A DNA stretch of 63,930 bases, filler included, from Actinomycetota bacterium (GTDB lineage Bacteria > Actinomycetota > CADDZG01 > JAHWKV01 > JAOPZY01): NCBI GenBank assembly GCA_025963875.1. It is 7 parts of 7 records of this genome, joined end to end, with 100 filler letters (N's around TTAATTAATTAA, not from the genome) between each part and the next. Parts side by side here need not be neighbours in the genome. Positions count along the whole stretch, not along the records: positions 32,940 to 44,938 come from JAOPZY010000125.1; positions 45,039 to 50,967 come from JAOPZY010000131.1; 5 more parts are not named here. One strand, written 5' to 3'. Of the stretch, positions 36,373 through 46,292 are shown one piece after another (the stretch's first letter is position 1; every line of letters begins with the position of its first letter). The notes under the pieces were generated by a model that did no database searches, was not told where the DNA came from, and saw nothing but the letters and a program-made list of their open reading frames with translations. Both the position numbers and the translations under genes were made by a program.

Positions 36373-37541
36373 TGGATCACCACCTTGCCCACCCATTTTG
36401 TCTGCTGGACCCCCGGGCGGTTGGGCCCGATCAACCGGACCGGATAGCCGTGCTGGATGTGCAGCGGCGAGCCGTTGACCTCGAGGGCCAGCAGGGTGTC
36501 CGGGTCGGCGGCCTGCGCCGGCGTCAACGACGAGCCGGTGTAGATGCCCGACGTCTCGAGCGATCCGACCTGGACCGCGGTCCCCGGTCTCCCGACGTGG
36601 GCGAGCAGGTCGCGCACCCGCACGCCTCGCCAGACGGCCTGGCCGCTCCAGCCCTCGACGCAGGCGATCGGCAGCACTGCTGTGTGGAGCCCGAGCGCCC
36701 GCAGGTCCCCGACGGACAGCGACAGCGGCCGTCCGGCGCCCCCCTCGACGACGAGGCGGTATGCCGGGTCGGTCGCGGCTGCCATGATCCCGGCCTCCTC
36801 GGCGCTCCGGTTGACCGGCAGCCCCTGGGGGCCGATGTCGGGCCGCCGGGGGGAGAGGAGGTCGAGGTGGCGCAACGGCCCGAAGGTTTCGCCGAGGGTG
36901 ACCAACGTCAGGAGGCCGGCCCCCCCGAAGGCCATCCGGAGGACCGCGCGGCGGGAGAGGCTGCCGTCCGGGCCCGGCTGGGGGTGGGGCCCATCGGGGG
37001 CTGGCCCGGCGATCGCCCGGCGGGCCTGGGTGGCCTTCGCCCCGATGTGGACGATGAGCGCGCCGACGGTGATCCACGCCGCCCACCAGTGGGCGACCGG
37101 GAAGAAGAAGTGCCACGGGTACCAGTGGAAGATGTTCTGCGTCCCGGACACCAGCAGGAAGATGGCGCCGCTGATGAGCGGCAGCAGGCTCACCCGCTCC
37201 AGGGCGTGCACCGCGTCGTCGAACGGTGGCCAGTGGAACAGCTTCGGGTAGACGGTCCAGAGCTTGACGAGGAGCAGCGGGATGGCGGCGATGCCCGTCG
37301 CCACGTGGAGGCCCTGGGTCACCCGGTAGAGCCCGGCGGGCCGCGCCGGCCACGTGAACCAGCCCGGCGGGTGCTGGATCAGGTGCGAGAGCAGGCCCGT
37401 GAGGAAGCAGATCCCGAACGCCACGCCGAGGCAGATGCCGAGCCAGGCGGCGTTGCGCTCGGAGTGGACCCCGGTGAGGTCCGCAACGTTTTCCGTGTCT
37501 GACACGGTTTTCGTTGCGGACCTCCCAGAAGTCCCGGTCAT
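36369..37541 (-). CDS. Membrane-bound molybdopterin oxidoreductase (sulfite oxidase/MsrP-like)
   Basis: His-bearing TM region then LPIACVEGWS, HGYPVRLIGPNRPGVQQTKWV. Confidence 0.92.
   Translation of the reverse strand: MTGTSGRSATKTVSDTENVADLTGVHSERNAAWLGICLGVAFGICFLTGLLSHLIQHPPGWFTWPARPAGLYRVTQGLHVATGIAAIPLLLVKLWTVYPKLFHWPPFDDAVHALERVSLLPLISGAIFLLVSGTQNIFHWYPWHFFFPVAHWWAAWITVGALIVHIGAKATQARRAIAGPAPDGPHPQPGPDGSLSRRAVLRMAFGGAGLLTLVTLGETFGPLRHLDLLSPRRPDIGPQGLPVNRSAEEAGIMAAATDPAYRLVVEGGAGRPLSLSVGDLRALGLHTAVLPIACVEGWSGQAVWRGVRVRDLLAHVGRPGTAVQVGSLETSGIYTGSSLTPAQAADPDTLLALEVNGSPLHIQHGYPVRLIGPNRPGVQQTKWVGKVVIQ
37476..37524. repeat. 49-bp GAGGT...ACCTC palindromic element inside the CDS 5' end
   Basis: GAGGTCCGCAACG-TTTT-CCGTGTC-T-GACACGG-TTTT-CGTTGCGGACCTC. 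Confidence 0.85.
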
Positions 37542-38125
37542 CGAGCCGTCTCCAGCACCCCGAACCAGCGGCTGCGGCGCTGCCAGACGTCGCCGACGAC
37601 CAGCTCGCAGGCGGCCCCCAATTCCTCCAGGTCGTCCACGCCCACCCGAGCCCAGGGGAACCACGACGAGGAACGGACGGCGGTCTCGATCCTCGCCCGG
37701 AGGCGGCCCCCGGCAACCCCCGGGCCTTCGACCTCGACGAGGATCCTGCCTCCCGGCCGCAACAGCGTCCCGAGGCGGACGAGCAGCGCCTCGGGGTCGC
37801 CCCCGATGCCGGCGTTGCCGTCGAGGAGGAGGGCCGTGGCCCACCGGCCCGCACCGGGCACGCGAGCGAACACCGATCGTTCCAAAACGCAGGCGCCGCG
37901 GGCACGGGCCAAGTGGACGGCGCTCGGCGCCACATCGAGACCGAGGGCGGGGATGCCCGCTGCCGCCAGGGCAACGACGTGGCGCCCCGGCCCGCAGCCG
38001 ACGTCGAGGACGGGCGGCACCACCCGCCCGATGAGCTCGCGGTCCACCAGGTCCGGCTCGCCGAGCCAGCGCTCGAGCTCCAGCGGCAGGCGGACGCCGT
38101 CCTCGTAGACCAGGTCCGTGCTCAC
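37538..38125 (-). CDS. Class I SAM-dependent methyltransferase
   Basis: VLDVGCGPGR, LLLDGNAGIGGDP, FPWARVG. Confidence 0.92.
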   Translation of the reverse strand: MSTDLVYEDGVRLPLELERWLGEPDLVDRELIGRVVPPVLDVGCGPGRHVVALAAAGIPALGLDVAPSAVHLARARGACVLERSVFARVPGAGRWATALLLDGNAGIGGDPEALLVRLGTLLRPGGRILVEVEGPGVAGGRLRARIETAVRSSSWFPWARVGVDDLEELGAACELVVGDVWQRRSRWFGVLETAR

Positions 38126-38760
38126 CGCGCCACCCACGAGCCGGCGACCGCCGCGACCGCAACAGCAAAGCGTCCCCCGGCCGCGCCCGACGCCACCGAC
38201 AGGGCGTCCTCCCACACGTCGACGTCGCTGAGTGCCGGCAGCTCGGCCACGTGCAGCCCCAGGCCGGCAAGGCGCCGCCGCTGCACGTCGCAGGTATGGC
38301 CGGTGCTCATCGGTACCCCGAGGAATGCCGAAGCCATCGGCCGTCGCAGGCCCGCCGCCCACCATCCACCGTCGACTGCCGGGCCGAGGACGGCGCCGAT
38401 GCCGGGTGCCAGGAGGGCGTCGACACAGCTGCCCAGCAGTGCGGGCGTCACCTGGGGAGTGTCCATGCCGATCAGCAGGGCGGGGCCGCCGCAGTCGTCG
38501 AAGGCCCCGGCGAGCCGCTGGTCCAGGCTCCCGCCCCGTTGCGGGATCACGTCGATGCCGCGGGGTAGCCACCGCCCGGGCGTCCCGTCGAGCACCAACA
38601 CCGGCCGGACGCCGGCGACGCCCTTCACCGCCAGCAGCGTGTCGGCCAGCGCGGCCTCTGCGACGGCGGCTGCCTGGGCCGGTGTGCAGGGGGGGCACAG
38701 CCGGGTCTTCGACAGCCCCGGGATCGGGGCCTTGGCGATGACGATGAGCCGGGGTCTCAT
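38122..38760 (-). CDS. DUF2064/TIGR04282-type CofC-like transferase
   Basis: AKAPIPGLSKTRL, IGMDTPQ, LGPAVDGGWW, DVD. Confidence 0.92.
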   Translation of the reverse strand: MRPRLIVIAKAPIPGLSKTRLCPPCTPAQAAAVAEAALADTLLAVKGVAGVRPVLVLDGTPGRWLPRGIDVIPQRGGSLDQRLAGAFDDCGGPALLIGMDTPQVTPALLGSCVDALLAPGIGAVLGPAVDGGWWAAGLRRPMASAFLGVPMSTGHTCDVQRRRLAGLGLHVAELPALSDVDVWEDALSVASGAAGGRFAVAVAAVAGSWVAR

Positions 38761-39398
38761 TGCAGCAGCCGCCGCATGTCGCTGGCGGCGCGCCATGTCC
38801 CCAGGACCGTGCCGGTCACCTTCGAGCGGCCGCTGCGGGGGAGGTAGTCCACCGGCACCTCGGCGATCCGCCAGCCGGCCTCGCCGGCCCGCAGCACCAT
38901 CTCCAGCGGCCATCCGAAGCGGCGGTCGGCGATCCCCAGCTCCAGCAGGCCGGCGCGCCGGGCGGCCCGCATCGGCCCGAGGTCCCGGAGCGGAACACCG
39001 CACCGCTGGGAGACGGCCCGGGCCAGGTAGCGGTTGGCCAGTCGCGCGTGGACCGGCCAGGCCCCCCGCCCGGGCCGGCGGCGCCCCATCACGAGGTCGG
39101 CCGTTCCCGCCTCGACGGGGTCCGAGACCGAGGGGAGCGCCCGGGGATCGAGCGACCCGTCGCAGTCCATGAAGCACACGGTCGTGGCGGTTGCCGCGAG
39201 GAGGCCGGCCCAGCAGGCGGCCCCGAACCCGCGCACCGGCTGGGTGACCACCTCGGCCCCCAGGCCCCGCGCGATCGCGGCGGAGCCGTCGGTGGAACCG
39301 TTGTCCACCACGATGGGGCGGAACCCTTGCGGGAGGCGTCCCAGCACCCAGGGGATCGCCTCGGCCTCGTTCAGCACGGGGAGCACCACGTCAACCAT
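38757..39398 (-). CDS. Glycosyltransferase family 2 (Dol-P-Man synthase-like)
   Basis: LPVLNE, VVDNGSTDGS, DCDGS, GRSKVTGT. Confidence 0.93.
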   Translation of the reverse strand: MVDVVLPVLNEAEAIPWVLGRLPQGFRPIVVDNGSTDGSAAIARGLGAEVVTQPVRGFGAACWAGLLAATATTVCFMDCDGSLDPRALPSVSDPVEAGTADLVMGRRRPGRGAWPVHARLANRYLARAVSQRCGVPLRDLGPMRAARRAGLLELGIADRRFGWPLEMVLRAGEAGWRIAEVPVDYLPRSGRSKVTGTVLGTWRAASDMRRLLQ

Positions 39399-39521
39399 GC
39401 AGGCGACGCTACCTGAGATCCCCGCCTCGATGCCTTACAAAAGTATTACGGTTCCCGAAACTCTTGTGGCGTGCGCCTCCTTCAAAGCCCGGGGCCCACA
39501 AAGGGGCCGTAAGCTGGCCGC

Positions 39522-40238
39522 GTGATGAGCGACCCGAACCCGGGGCCCGCGGCAACGACGGTGCTGGTCGTCGAGGACGACCCCAACGTCGCGGAGGTAC
39601 TCACCCGCTATCTCCGCCGGGAGGGCTACGAGGTGACCTGCCTGGACGACGGGCTGGCCGCCCTGGGGCTGGCGCTGGCGGCCCCTCCCGACCTTGCGGT
39701 CCTCGACATCATGCTGCCGGGCATGACGGGTCTGGAGCTCTGCCGGCGGCTGCGCGCCGAGATGGATGTCCCGATCATCATGCTGACCGCCCTCGGCGAA
39801 GAGGCAGACCGGGTGGTGGGCCTGGAGCTGGGCGCCGACGACTACGTCACCAAGCCGTTCTCGCCCCGCGAGCTCACGGCACGGGTCAAGGCGATCCTCC
39901 GACGCTGCTCCACCGGGGCAGCGCCCGTCGCCGAGGACTCGGCGCCCCTCGTCGCTGGGGACATCAGGGTGGATCCCCGGACCCGGGAGGCGGAGGCCCG
40001 CGGTGTCCCGCTCACCCTGACCGCTCTCGAATTCGACCTGCTGGCGTTCCTCGCTCGCCACCCCCGCGAGGTCTTCACCCGCGAGCAGCTCCTCGACCAC
40101 GTCTGGGGGTTCCAGGTGGCCGACAGCTCCACGGTCACCGTGCACGTCCGCCGCCTGCGCCAGAAGCTCGAGGCTGATCCCGCCCACCCCGCCCACCTGA
40201 AAACGGTGTGGGGCGTCGGCTACCGCTTCGAGGCCTGA
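39522..40238 (+). CDS. OmpR-family response regulator
   Basis: VVEDD, LDIMLP, GADDYVTKPFS, TVHVRRLR, TVWGVGY. Confidence 0.96.
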   Translation: MMSDPNPGPAATTVLVVEDDPNVAEVLTRYLRREGYEVTCLDDGLAALGLALAAPPDLAVLDIMLPGMTGLELCRRLRAEMDVPIIMLTALGEEADRVVGLELGADDYVTKPFSPRELTARVKAILRRCSTGAAPVAEDSAPLVAGDIRVDPRTREAEARGVPLTLTALEFDLLAFLARHPREVFTREQLLDHVWGFQVADSSTVTVHVRRLRQKLEADPAHPAHLKTVWGVGYRFEA

Positions 40239-40240
40239 CC

Positions 40241-41476
40241 GTGCGACGCCTCGTCCCTCTCGTTGCGGCGTGCGCCGTCGGCGCCGGCGCGGCAGCGCTT
40301 GCCGGCGCGGCGGTCAACCTCTCGCCGCGTGACGCCCTCCACCTCGCCTGGCTCGCCGGCGGCGCCGGGTTCGTCGTCGGATGCGCCGGGGGCCTCGGGA
40401 TCCACGCCCTGAAGCGGCGGTCGCTGGCCGCCAACCTCGCCTGGATCGCCGTGGTGTCCGTGGGGGCGGCCGCCGTGGGGGCGATCGCTGCCGCCCGGGC
40501 CATGTTCATCTCGGCAGCCGATCTGCGGGCCCTGGTCGTGATCGTCGTGGCCGCCGCCGCGACCGGCATCGTCGTGGCGCTGGCCCTCGGGGCCCGCGTG
40601 GCGGCCGGGTCCCGGGCGCTCGTGGGGGCCGCCCGAACGATCGGCGAGGGCTCGCCGATGCCGGCCCTGCCCGACCTCGCAACCGGCGAGCTGGCCCTGA
40701 TCGGCGACGAGCTCGAAGCCATGAACCGCAACCTCGAGGAGTCCCGCCAGCGGGAGCGGGCGCTCGACGCATCCCGCCGCGAGCTGGTGGCCTGGGTGTC
40801 CCACGACCTGAGGACGCCGCTGTCGGGCATCCGGGCCATGACCGAGGCCCTGGAGGACGGCGTCGTCGACGACCCCGAGGTCGTGCGCCGCTACTACCGC
40901 TCGATCCGGGTCGAGGCCGACCGCCTGTCGGGCCTCGTCGACGACCTCTTCGAGCTCAGCCGCATCAATGCGGGGGCGCTTCGGCTGAACCTCGAGTCGG
41001 TGTGCCTCTCGGAGCTGGTCTCCGACGCCATCGCCTCGGCGGCCCCCATCGCCAGCGCCAAAGGTGTGCGCCTGCTGGGCAGCGTCGCGGGCGAGCTCCC
41101 GGACGTCGAGGTGTCGCCCCCTGAGATGGCCCGGGTGCTCCGGAACCTTCTGGAGAACGCCATCCGGCACACCCCCAGCGACGGGGCGGTCCGGGTGGAG
41201 GCGGCGGCGGACGCCGACGGGGCCTATGTCAATGTCGCCGATGCCTGCGGGGGAATCCCGGAGGACGACGTCGACCGGGTCTTCGAGCTGGCCTTCCGGG
41301 GGGAGGCGGACCGGCGGACCGGCAACGGGGCGGGGGCCGGGCTCGGCCTCACCATCGCCCGGGGCATCGTCCATGCCCACCGGGGCGAGATCTCGGTCCA
41401 CAACGAGGGAGACGGCTGCCGGTTCACCGTCCGGCTGCCCTTCCGTCAGACGACGGGGCTCGAGGCCTCCGGGTAG
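40241..41476 (+). CDS. Sensor histidine kinase
   Basis: VSHDLRTPL, NLLENAIRH, GAGLGL; multi-TM N-terminus. Confidence 0.95.
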   Translation: MRRLVPLVAACAVGAGAAALAGAAVNLSPRDALHLAWLAGGAGFVVGCAGGLGIHALKRRSLAANLAWIAVVSVGAAAVGAIAAARAMFISAADLRALVVIVVAAAATGIVVALALGARVAAGSRALVGAARTIGEGSPMPALPDLATGELALIGDELEAMNRNLEESRQRERALDASRRELVAWVSHDLRTPLSGIRAMTEALEDGVVDDPEVVRRYYRSIRVEADRLSGLVDDLFELSRINAGALRLNLESVCLSELVSDAIASAAPIASAKGVRLLGSVAGELPDVEVSPPEMARVLRNLLENAIRHTPSDGAVRVEAAADADGAYVNVADACGGIPEDDVDRVFELAFRGEADRRTGNGAGAGLGLTIARGIVHAHRGEISVHNEGDGCRFTVRLPFRQTTGLEASG

Positions 41477-42520
41477 GTGCGGGTCCTCGTCACCGGCGGC
41501 GCCGGGTTCATCGGCTCGGCCGTCGTCGACCTCCTCGTGGCCGAGGGCCACGACGCCGTCGTCCTCGACGCCCTCCTCCCTGCCGCCCACCGGGCCACCC
41601 CGGCGTACCTGAATCCGAGGGCCGAATACGTGTGGGGCGACCTGGCGGACGAGGCGGCGGTCGTCTCGTGCCTTCGGGGCGTCGACGCCGTCTCCCACCA
41701 GGCGGCCATGGTGGGGCTGGGCCTCGACCTCGGTGACGCCCCCGACTACGTCCGGCACAACGACCTGGCCACCGCCGTGCTGCTGCGCTGCCTGGCAAGA
41801 GCGGGCTTCGCCGGGCGCCTCGTGCTGGCGGGCAGCATGGTCGTCTACGGGGAGGGCCGGTACCGCTGCGGGGTTCACGGGATCGTCCGGCCAGGCCCCC
41901 GCCCCGCAGAGCGGCTCCGGGAGGGCTGGTTCGAACCGTCCTGTCCCGACTGCGGCCGGGACGTCGTCCCGGAGGCGGTCCCCGAGGCGGCAGCGCCCGA
42001 CCCCCGCAGCGTCTACGCCGCGACCAAGCTCCACCAGGAGCACCTCTGCGCCTGCTTCGCCCGGGAGGCGGGGGTGCCGCTCACCGTGTTGCGCTACCAC
42101 AACGTGTACGGCCCCCGCATGCCGGCCGACACGCCCTACGCGGGAGTGGCGGCGATCTTCCGGAGCGCGGTCGAGGCCGGCCGGCGGCCAAGGGTGTTCG
42201 AGGATGGCGGTCAGCGCCGGGACTTCGTCCACGTGGACGACGTGGCCAGGGCCAACCTGCTCGCACTCACCGAGGACTCGGGACGCAGCCACGTCTGCAA
42301 CATCGCCAGCGGGTCGCCCGCCACCGTGCTCGAGATGGCGACCGCCCTGTCGGCGGCCTCGGGCGGGGCGACGGAGCCGCTGGTCACCGGCGAGTTCCGC
42401 CTCGGCGACGTCCGCCACATCTTCGCGTCCGTTTCCCATGCCGAAGAGGTCCTGGGTTTCCGAGCCGGGGTGCGGATGGCAGACGGCATGCGGCAGTTCG
42501 CAACGGCGGCGCTTCGCTGA
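41477..42520 (+). CDS. NAD-dependent epimerase/dehydratase with Cys-rich insert
   Basis: GGAGFIG, YAATK, LRYHNVYG, RDFVHV; CxxH..CxxC insert. Confidence 0.95.
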   Translation: MRVLVTGGAGFIGSAVVDLLVAEGHDAVVLDALLPAAHRATPAYLNPRAEYVWGDLADEAAVVSCLRGVDAVSHQAAMVGLGLDLGDAPDYVRHNDLATAVLLRCLARAGFAGRLVLAGSMVVYGEGRYRCGVHGIVRPGPRPAERLREGWFEPSCPDCGRDVVPEAVPEAAAPDPRSVYAATKLHQEHLCACFAREAGVPLTVLRYHNVYGPRMPADTPYAGVAAIFRSAVEAGRRPRVFEDGGQRRDFVHVDDVARANLLALTEDSGRSHVCNIASGSPATVLEMATALSAASGGATEPLVTGEFRLGDVRHIFASVSHAEEVLGFRAGVRMADGMRQFATAALR

Positions 42521-43227
42521 GCTCGCTCGCCGCTGCCTCGGCGGCCCCGGCGGCCGGCGGCGTCGCCGTTGTCGCCCGGTCCGTCTCCCATACCTACGAC
42601 GGCCCGTCCGGTCCCGTGCCCGTCCTCGACGACCTCGACCTCGACGTCCCGGCCGGTGGGTACGTGGCCCTCGCCGGTGCGTCAGGGGCCGGCAAGACGA
42701 CGCTCCTCGCCCTGCTGGGGGGACTGGAGCGCGTCCAGTCGGGGTCGCTCAGTGTCGGAGAGTACGACGTTGCGGCCCTCACCGGCGACGACCTGGCGGC
42801 CTACCGCCGCCTGACGGTGGGCTTCGTCTTCCAGCACTTCGGCCTCCTCGACGCCCTGACCGCCGTCGAGAATGTCGAGCTGGCGGCCGTCCTCGCAGGG
42901 GAGCGTCCCTCGCAGCGGCGGGAGCGGGCCCGGGCGCTGCTCGACGCCGTCGGCATGACGCCCCGGGCGTCGCACCGGCCGGGCGCGCTGTCGGGCGGTG
43001 AGCGCCAGCGCGTCGCCATCGCACGGGCGCTCGTCAACCGCCCGAGGCTGGTCCTCGCCGACGAGCCGACGGGCAACCTCGACGAGGACACCTCGGTGGA
43101 GGTCCTGCGGCTCCTGGAGTCCCTGCAGACCGAACGCGGGTGCACGCTGCTCGTGGTCACCCACGACCGGGCGCTCGCCCGGCGGGCCGAGCACGTCGTG
43201 ACCCTCGACCACGGGCGGACCCGGTGA
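42517..43227 (+). CDS. ABC transporter ATP-binding protein (LolD/MacB-like); probable CTG start
   Basis: GASGAGKT, LSGGERQR, ADEPTGNLD, VTHD; frame is open upstream of track start 42616 and encodes the first beta strands. Confidence 0.9.
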   Translation: MSSLAAASAAPAAGGVAVVARSVSHTYDGPSGPVPVLDDLDLDVPAGGYVALAGASGAGKTTLLALLGGLERVQSGSLSVGEYDVAALTGDDLAAYRRLTVGFVFQHFGLLDALTAVENVELAAVLAGERPSQRRERARALLDAVGMTPRASHRPGALSGGERQRVAIARALVNRPRLVLADEPTGNLDEDTSVEVLRLLESLQTERGCTLLVVTHDRALARRAEHVVTLDHGRTR

Positions 43228-44555
43228 GCTGGACCGACGCCGTCCGCCTCGCCGCTCGCAGCGTGCTGCGCAGGCCGGGGCGCGCCGCGCTGACCGTGGT
43301 GGCCGTGGCCCTGGCGGCTGCGCTCTTCACGGCGATGCTCACCATGGCGGAGACCGCCCGCTCCCGGGTGCTCGACCAGCTCTCCAAAGGGGGGCCGCTC
43401 GCCGGCATCCAGGTGGCGGCGGCCGCGGCCGATCCGTCGCAGGTCGACAGCGACAACCCCCGCCCCGGTGCCGCCCTTCCCATCGACGAGGCGGCGTTGC
43501 GGCGCATCGAGGTGCTGCCCGGGGTGAGCACGGTGCTGCCGGTCGTGACGGGGGAGTCGATCGTGGTCTGGGACGACCAGGCCGCGACCCCGCCTTCGGG
43601 GACGCCATCTTCGGGGGCCCCACCGGACCGCATCGTCGACACCATGGTCGGTGTCAACCTTGCTCGAGCGTCCCAGCTTCCCATCACCGTGCTTTCGGGG
43701 AGGCTGCCGGCGCCCAGCTCGCTCACCGAGGTGGCGGTGACCCCTGCCTTCCTCGCCCGCTTCGGCATCGGGCGCAAGCAGCTGGCAACCGCCATCGGCA
43801 AGGAGGTGGAGCTCGGCGCGCCGAGGGGCTTCCGCGACCCGGACGGCAGCCAGCGCCTCCGGGGCCGGTGGGTGCGGGCGCAGGTGGTCGGCGTCGTCGC
43901 CCAGCAGGCGGGATCGGGTGGCATCCTGGCCTCCCTGCAGCAGGCGCAGGCGGCCCACACCTGGACCGCGGGCGGCGACCTCTCCGCCGACCCCGACGCC
44001 ACCACCACGCCGTACTCGGGCCTCTTCGTCATCGCGAAGGGACTCGACGGCGTGGCAAAAGTCCGGGCGGAGATCACGGGCGTCGGGTATTCGACCAGCG
44101 CCCCGGAGAACCTGATCGCCACGGTCCAGCGCTACGTGCAGGTGGTCGAGATCGTGCTCGGCGGCATCGGCGTCATCGCCCTGGCCATCGCGGCGCTCGG
44201 CATCGCCAACGCCCTGCTCGCCGCCGTGCGGGAGCGCCGGCGGGAGATCGGCGTCCTGAAGGCGGTCGGCGCCCGGGACCGCGATGTCCTCCGTACCTTC
44301 CTTATCGAGGCCGGCGTCATGGGTGCGCTCGGGGGCCTGATCGGCAGCATCCTCGGGCTGGCGGTGGCCCGGGCAGTGGCGGCCGTTGTGGACGGCTACC
44401 TCACCAGCCAGGGCCTGGCCGGCGTGCAGGTAGGGATGCCGTACCGCCTCGGCCTGGCGGCAGTGGCCGGCTCCGTCCTGCTGGCCCTGCTGGCGGGGGC
44501 CCTGCCGGCCCGGCGTGCCGCCCGCCTCCCGGCCCGGGAGGCGGTGGAGCTGTGA
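43224..44555 (+). CDS. FtsX/MacB-like ABC permease
   Basis: ERRREIGVLKAVGA, PARRAARL; GTGA overlap. Confidence 0.92.
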   Translation: MSWTDAVRLAARSVLRRPGRAALTVVAVALAAALFTAMLTMAETARSRVLDQLSKGGPLAGIQVAAAAADPSQVDSDNPRPGAALPIDEAALRRIEVLPGVSTVLPVVTGESIVVWDDQAATPPSGTPSSGAPPDRIVDTMVGVNLARASQLPITVLSGRLPAPSSLTEVAVTPAFLARFGIGRKQLATAIGKEVELGAPRGFRDPDGSQRLRGRWVRAQVVGVVAQQAGSGGILASLQQAQAAHTWTAGGDLSADPDATTTPYSGLFVIAKGLDGVAKVRAEITGVGYSTSAPENLIATVQRYVQVVEIVLGGIGVIALAIAALGIANALLAAVRERRREIGVLKAVGARDRDVLRTFLIEAGVMGALGGLIGSILGLAVARAVAAVVDGYLTSQGLAGVQVGMPYRLGLAAVAGSVLLALLAGALPARRAARLPAREAVEL

Positions 44556-44938
44556 GACGGCTGTTCTGCGCCCTCCTCCTCGTGTGTGCCGCCGCGGCCT
44601 GCACGACCTCCCGCCCCGCTGCCAGGCCGCCGGCGACGCCATCCGCCGCGCCGCTCGTCTACGTGGCGGTCGGTGCGAGCGAGTCGGTGGGGGTCGGGGC
44701 CTCCGACCCGCTCCGCAACGCCTGGACCCAGGTCTTCTACCGCAGCGCCCTGCCCCGGTCGGCCGTGTTCGTCAACATGGCGGTGTCGGGCTCGACGGTG
44801 GCCGAGGCCCTCGCCGGCCAGGTCCCGAATGCCGTCGCGCAGTCGCCCGACGTCGTCACCGTCTGGCTCAACGTCAACGACCTCATCCGGGGCGTGACGC
44901 CGGCCAGCTACGAGGCCGACCTCACGAAACTCGTGACG
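44552..44938 (+). CDS. SGNH/GDSL hydrolase lipoprotein (truncated)
   Basis: Lipobox AAAC; YVAVGASESVG, SGST, NVND blocks. Confidence 0.88.
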
Positions 44939-45038
44939 NNNNNNNNNNNNNNNNNNNNNNNNNNNNNNNNNNNNNNNNNNNNTTAATTAATTAANNNNNN
45001 NNNNNNNNNNNNNNNNNNNNNNNNNNNNNNNNNNNNNN
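44939..45038. other. Artificial contig linker
   Basis: N-TTAATTAATTAA-N. Confidence 0.99.
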
Positions 45039-45383
45039 CGAAACAGCGAACCACGCGGCCTCCAACGCCGGGAGGCCTCCACCGCAGAGGCAGCCCGCCG
45101 GCAGGAGCGTCGATTCTCGACCCCGCTCATAGACAGTTTCCTGTTCTCTCGCTGGTATAAGAGCACATATTACAGGATGGATGAAACCTGTCAATCGGTT
45201 CGACCGTATCTTCAACGGGCGAGCAAACGACGAGCTCGAAAAGGAAGGCCCGGCGGCGGCGCCTCATGCCGAGGGGACGAGTTGCCACACCCAGACGATC
45301 TTGCGAAAATCATATCAAGGTGATAGAATCCTTGCGTTATCAAACGTCCGAGCCTAACGCTGTCACGCATCCGGGGGGAATCC

Positions 45384-45587
45384 GTGCCGCTCGCCGTCGA
45401 GAACGAACCCTGCGACCTGTGCGGGCGCAACGACCGATGGGTCAAGGTTTACCGAGACCCCTTTGGAGAGGCCAGCGGGCCGGGACGGTGGCCGAATCTC
45501 ATGATGCACTCCGACTGCTTCCTCACCTACATCAAGCAACGCAAGTCCGCGCCACGTCGGCAAGCCAGGCCGAATGTTCACATATGA
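45384..45587 (+). CDS. Possible small Zn-finger protein
   Basis: 67 aa with CDLC...HSDC; G-rich SD. Confidence 0.45.
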   Translation: MPLAVENEPCDLCGRNDRWVKVYRDPFGEASGPGRWPNLMMHSDCFLTYIKQRKSAPRRQARPNVHI

Positions 45588-45674
45588 TCTTTGGGCAAAG
45601 TTAGTCAGGCCCATAGACCCACCTTGGGTATCAAGCGCCTCGGAACAAGGTGCCGGGATGGCAGACGGGCGTCG

Positions 45675-46292
45675 TCACGGCGTCGGCGTGCAGAGGCAGA
45701 TGGGAGCTGTGGAACTCCAGGTCCCGAAGGGAACAGCGAGGGCCAGGGCGACGTCCCGTCGGCGGCAAAGCTCCTCCACCGCCGACGGGTAGGTCACCAA
45801 CTCGGCCCCCCTCCACCGGCCCTCGGCGTCGAAGTCCGGCACCACGCCGAACTCGTCGTCGAAGAGCCAGAAGTCCTCCTTGGGCAGCGGCAGGCTCCTG
45901 CCCTCCGGGACCTCGAGGATGTGGCAGTGCTCCCCCGCCTGTTCGCTCCTCGTGTAGCCGTACTCGAATGAGTACCGCAGGTAGTCGCACAGACTGAGCG
46001 GCTGGCGCAGCATGTGAACGCGGTCCCAGCGCTTCTGCCTCGACGTCGCGCCCCGGACGATGTGGTCGTACCACCAATGTCCGTCGATCGGCGGCGGAGC
46101 GTTGCCGTGGGACCAGCTCCGGTACTCCTCGTCCTCCAGGCCCTCGCTGTAGTCGTCGAGGGTCTCCAGCCGGAAGACGGACTGGCGAAATGAGCGGAAG
46201 AGATCTTCGAGCTCGCCCGGGGCCAAGTGGGCGTCAACCCTCGCCGCATCCCTCACGCCGCCTGAGGCCCTCGCCGCGGCTTCAGCCTTCAT
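45675..46292 (-). CDS. DUF6879-like protein
   Basis: FRQSVFRLETLDDY, DYLRY, EDFWLFDDE; start uncertain (46256 or 46292). Confidence 0.8.
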   Translation of the reverse strand: MKAEAAARASGGVRDAARVDAHLAPGELEDLFRSFRQSVFRLETLDDYSEGLEDEEYRSWSHGNAPPPIDGHWWYDHIVRGATSRQKRWDRVHMLRQPLSLCDYLRYSFEYGYTRSEQAGEHCHILEVPEGRSLPLPKEDFWLFDDEFGVVPDFDAEGRWRGAELVTYPSAVEELCRRRDVALALAVPFGTWSSTAPICLCTPTP

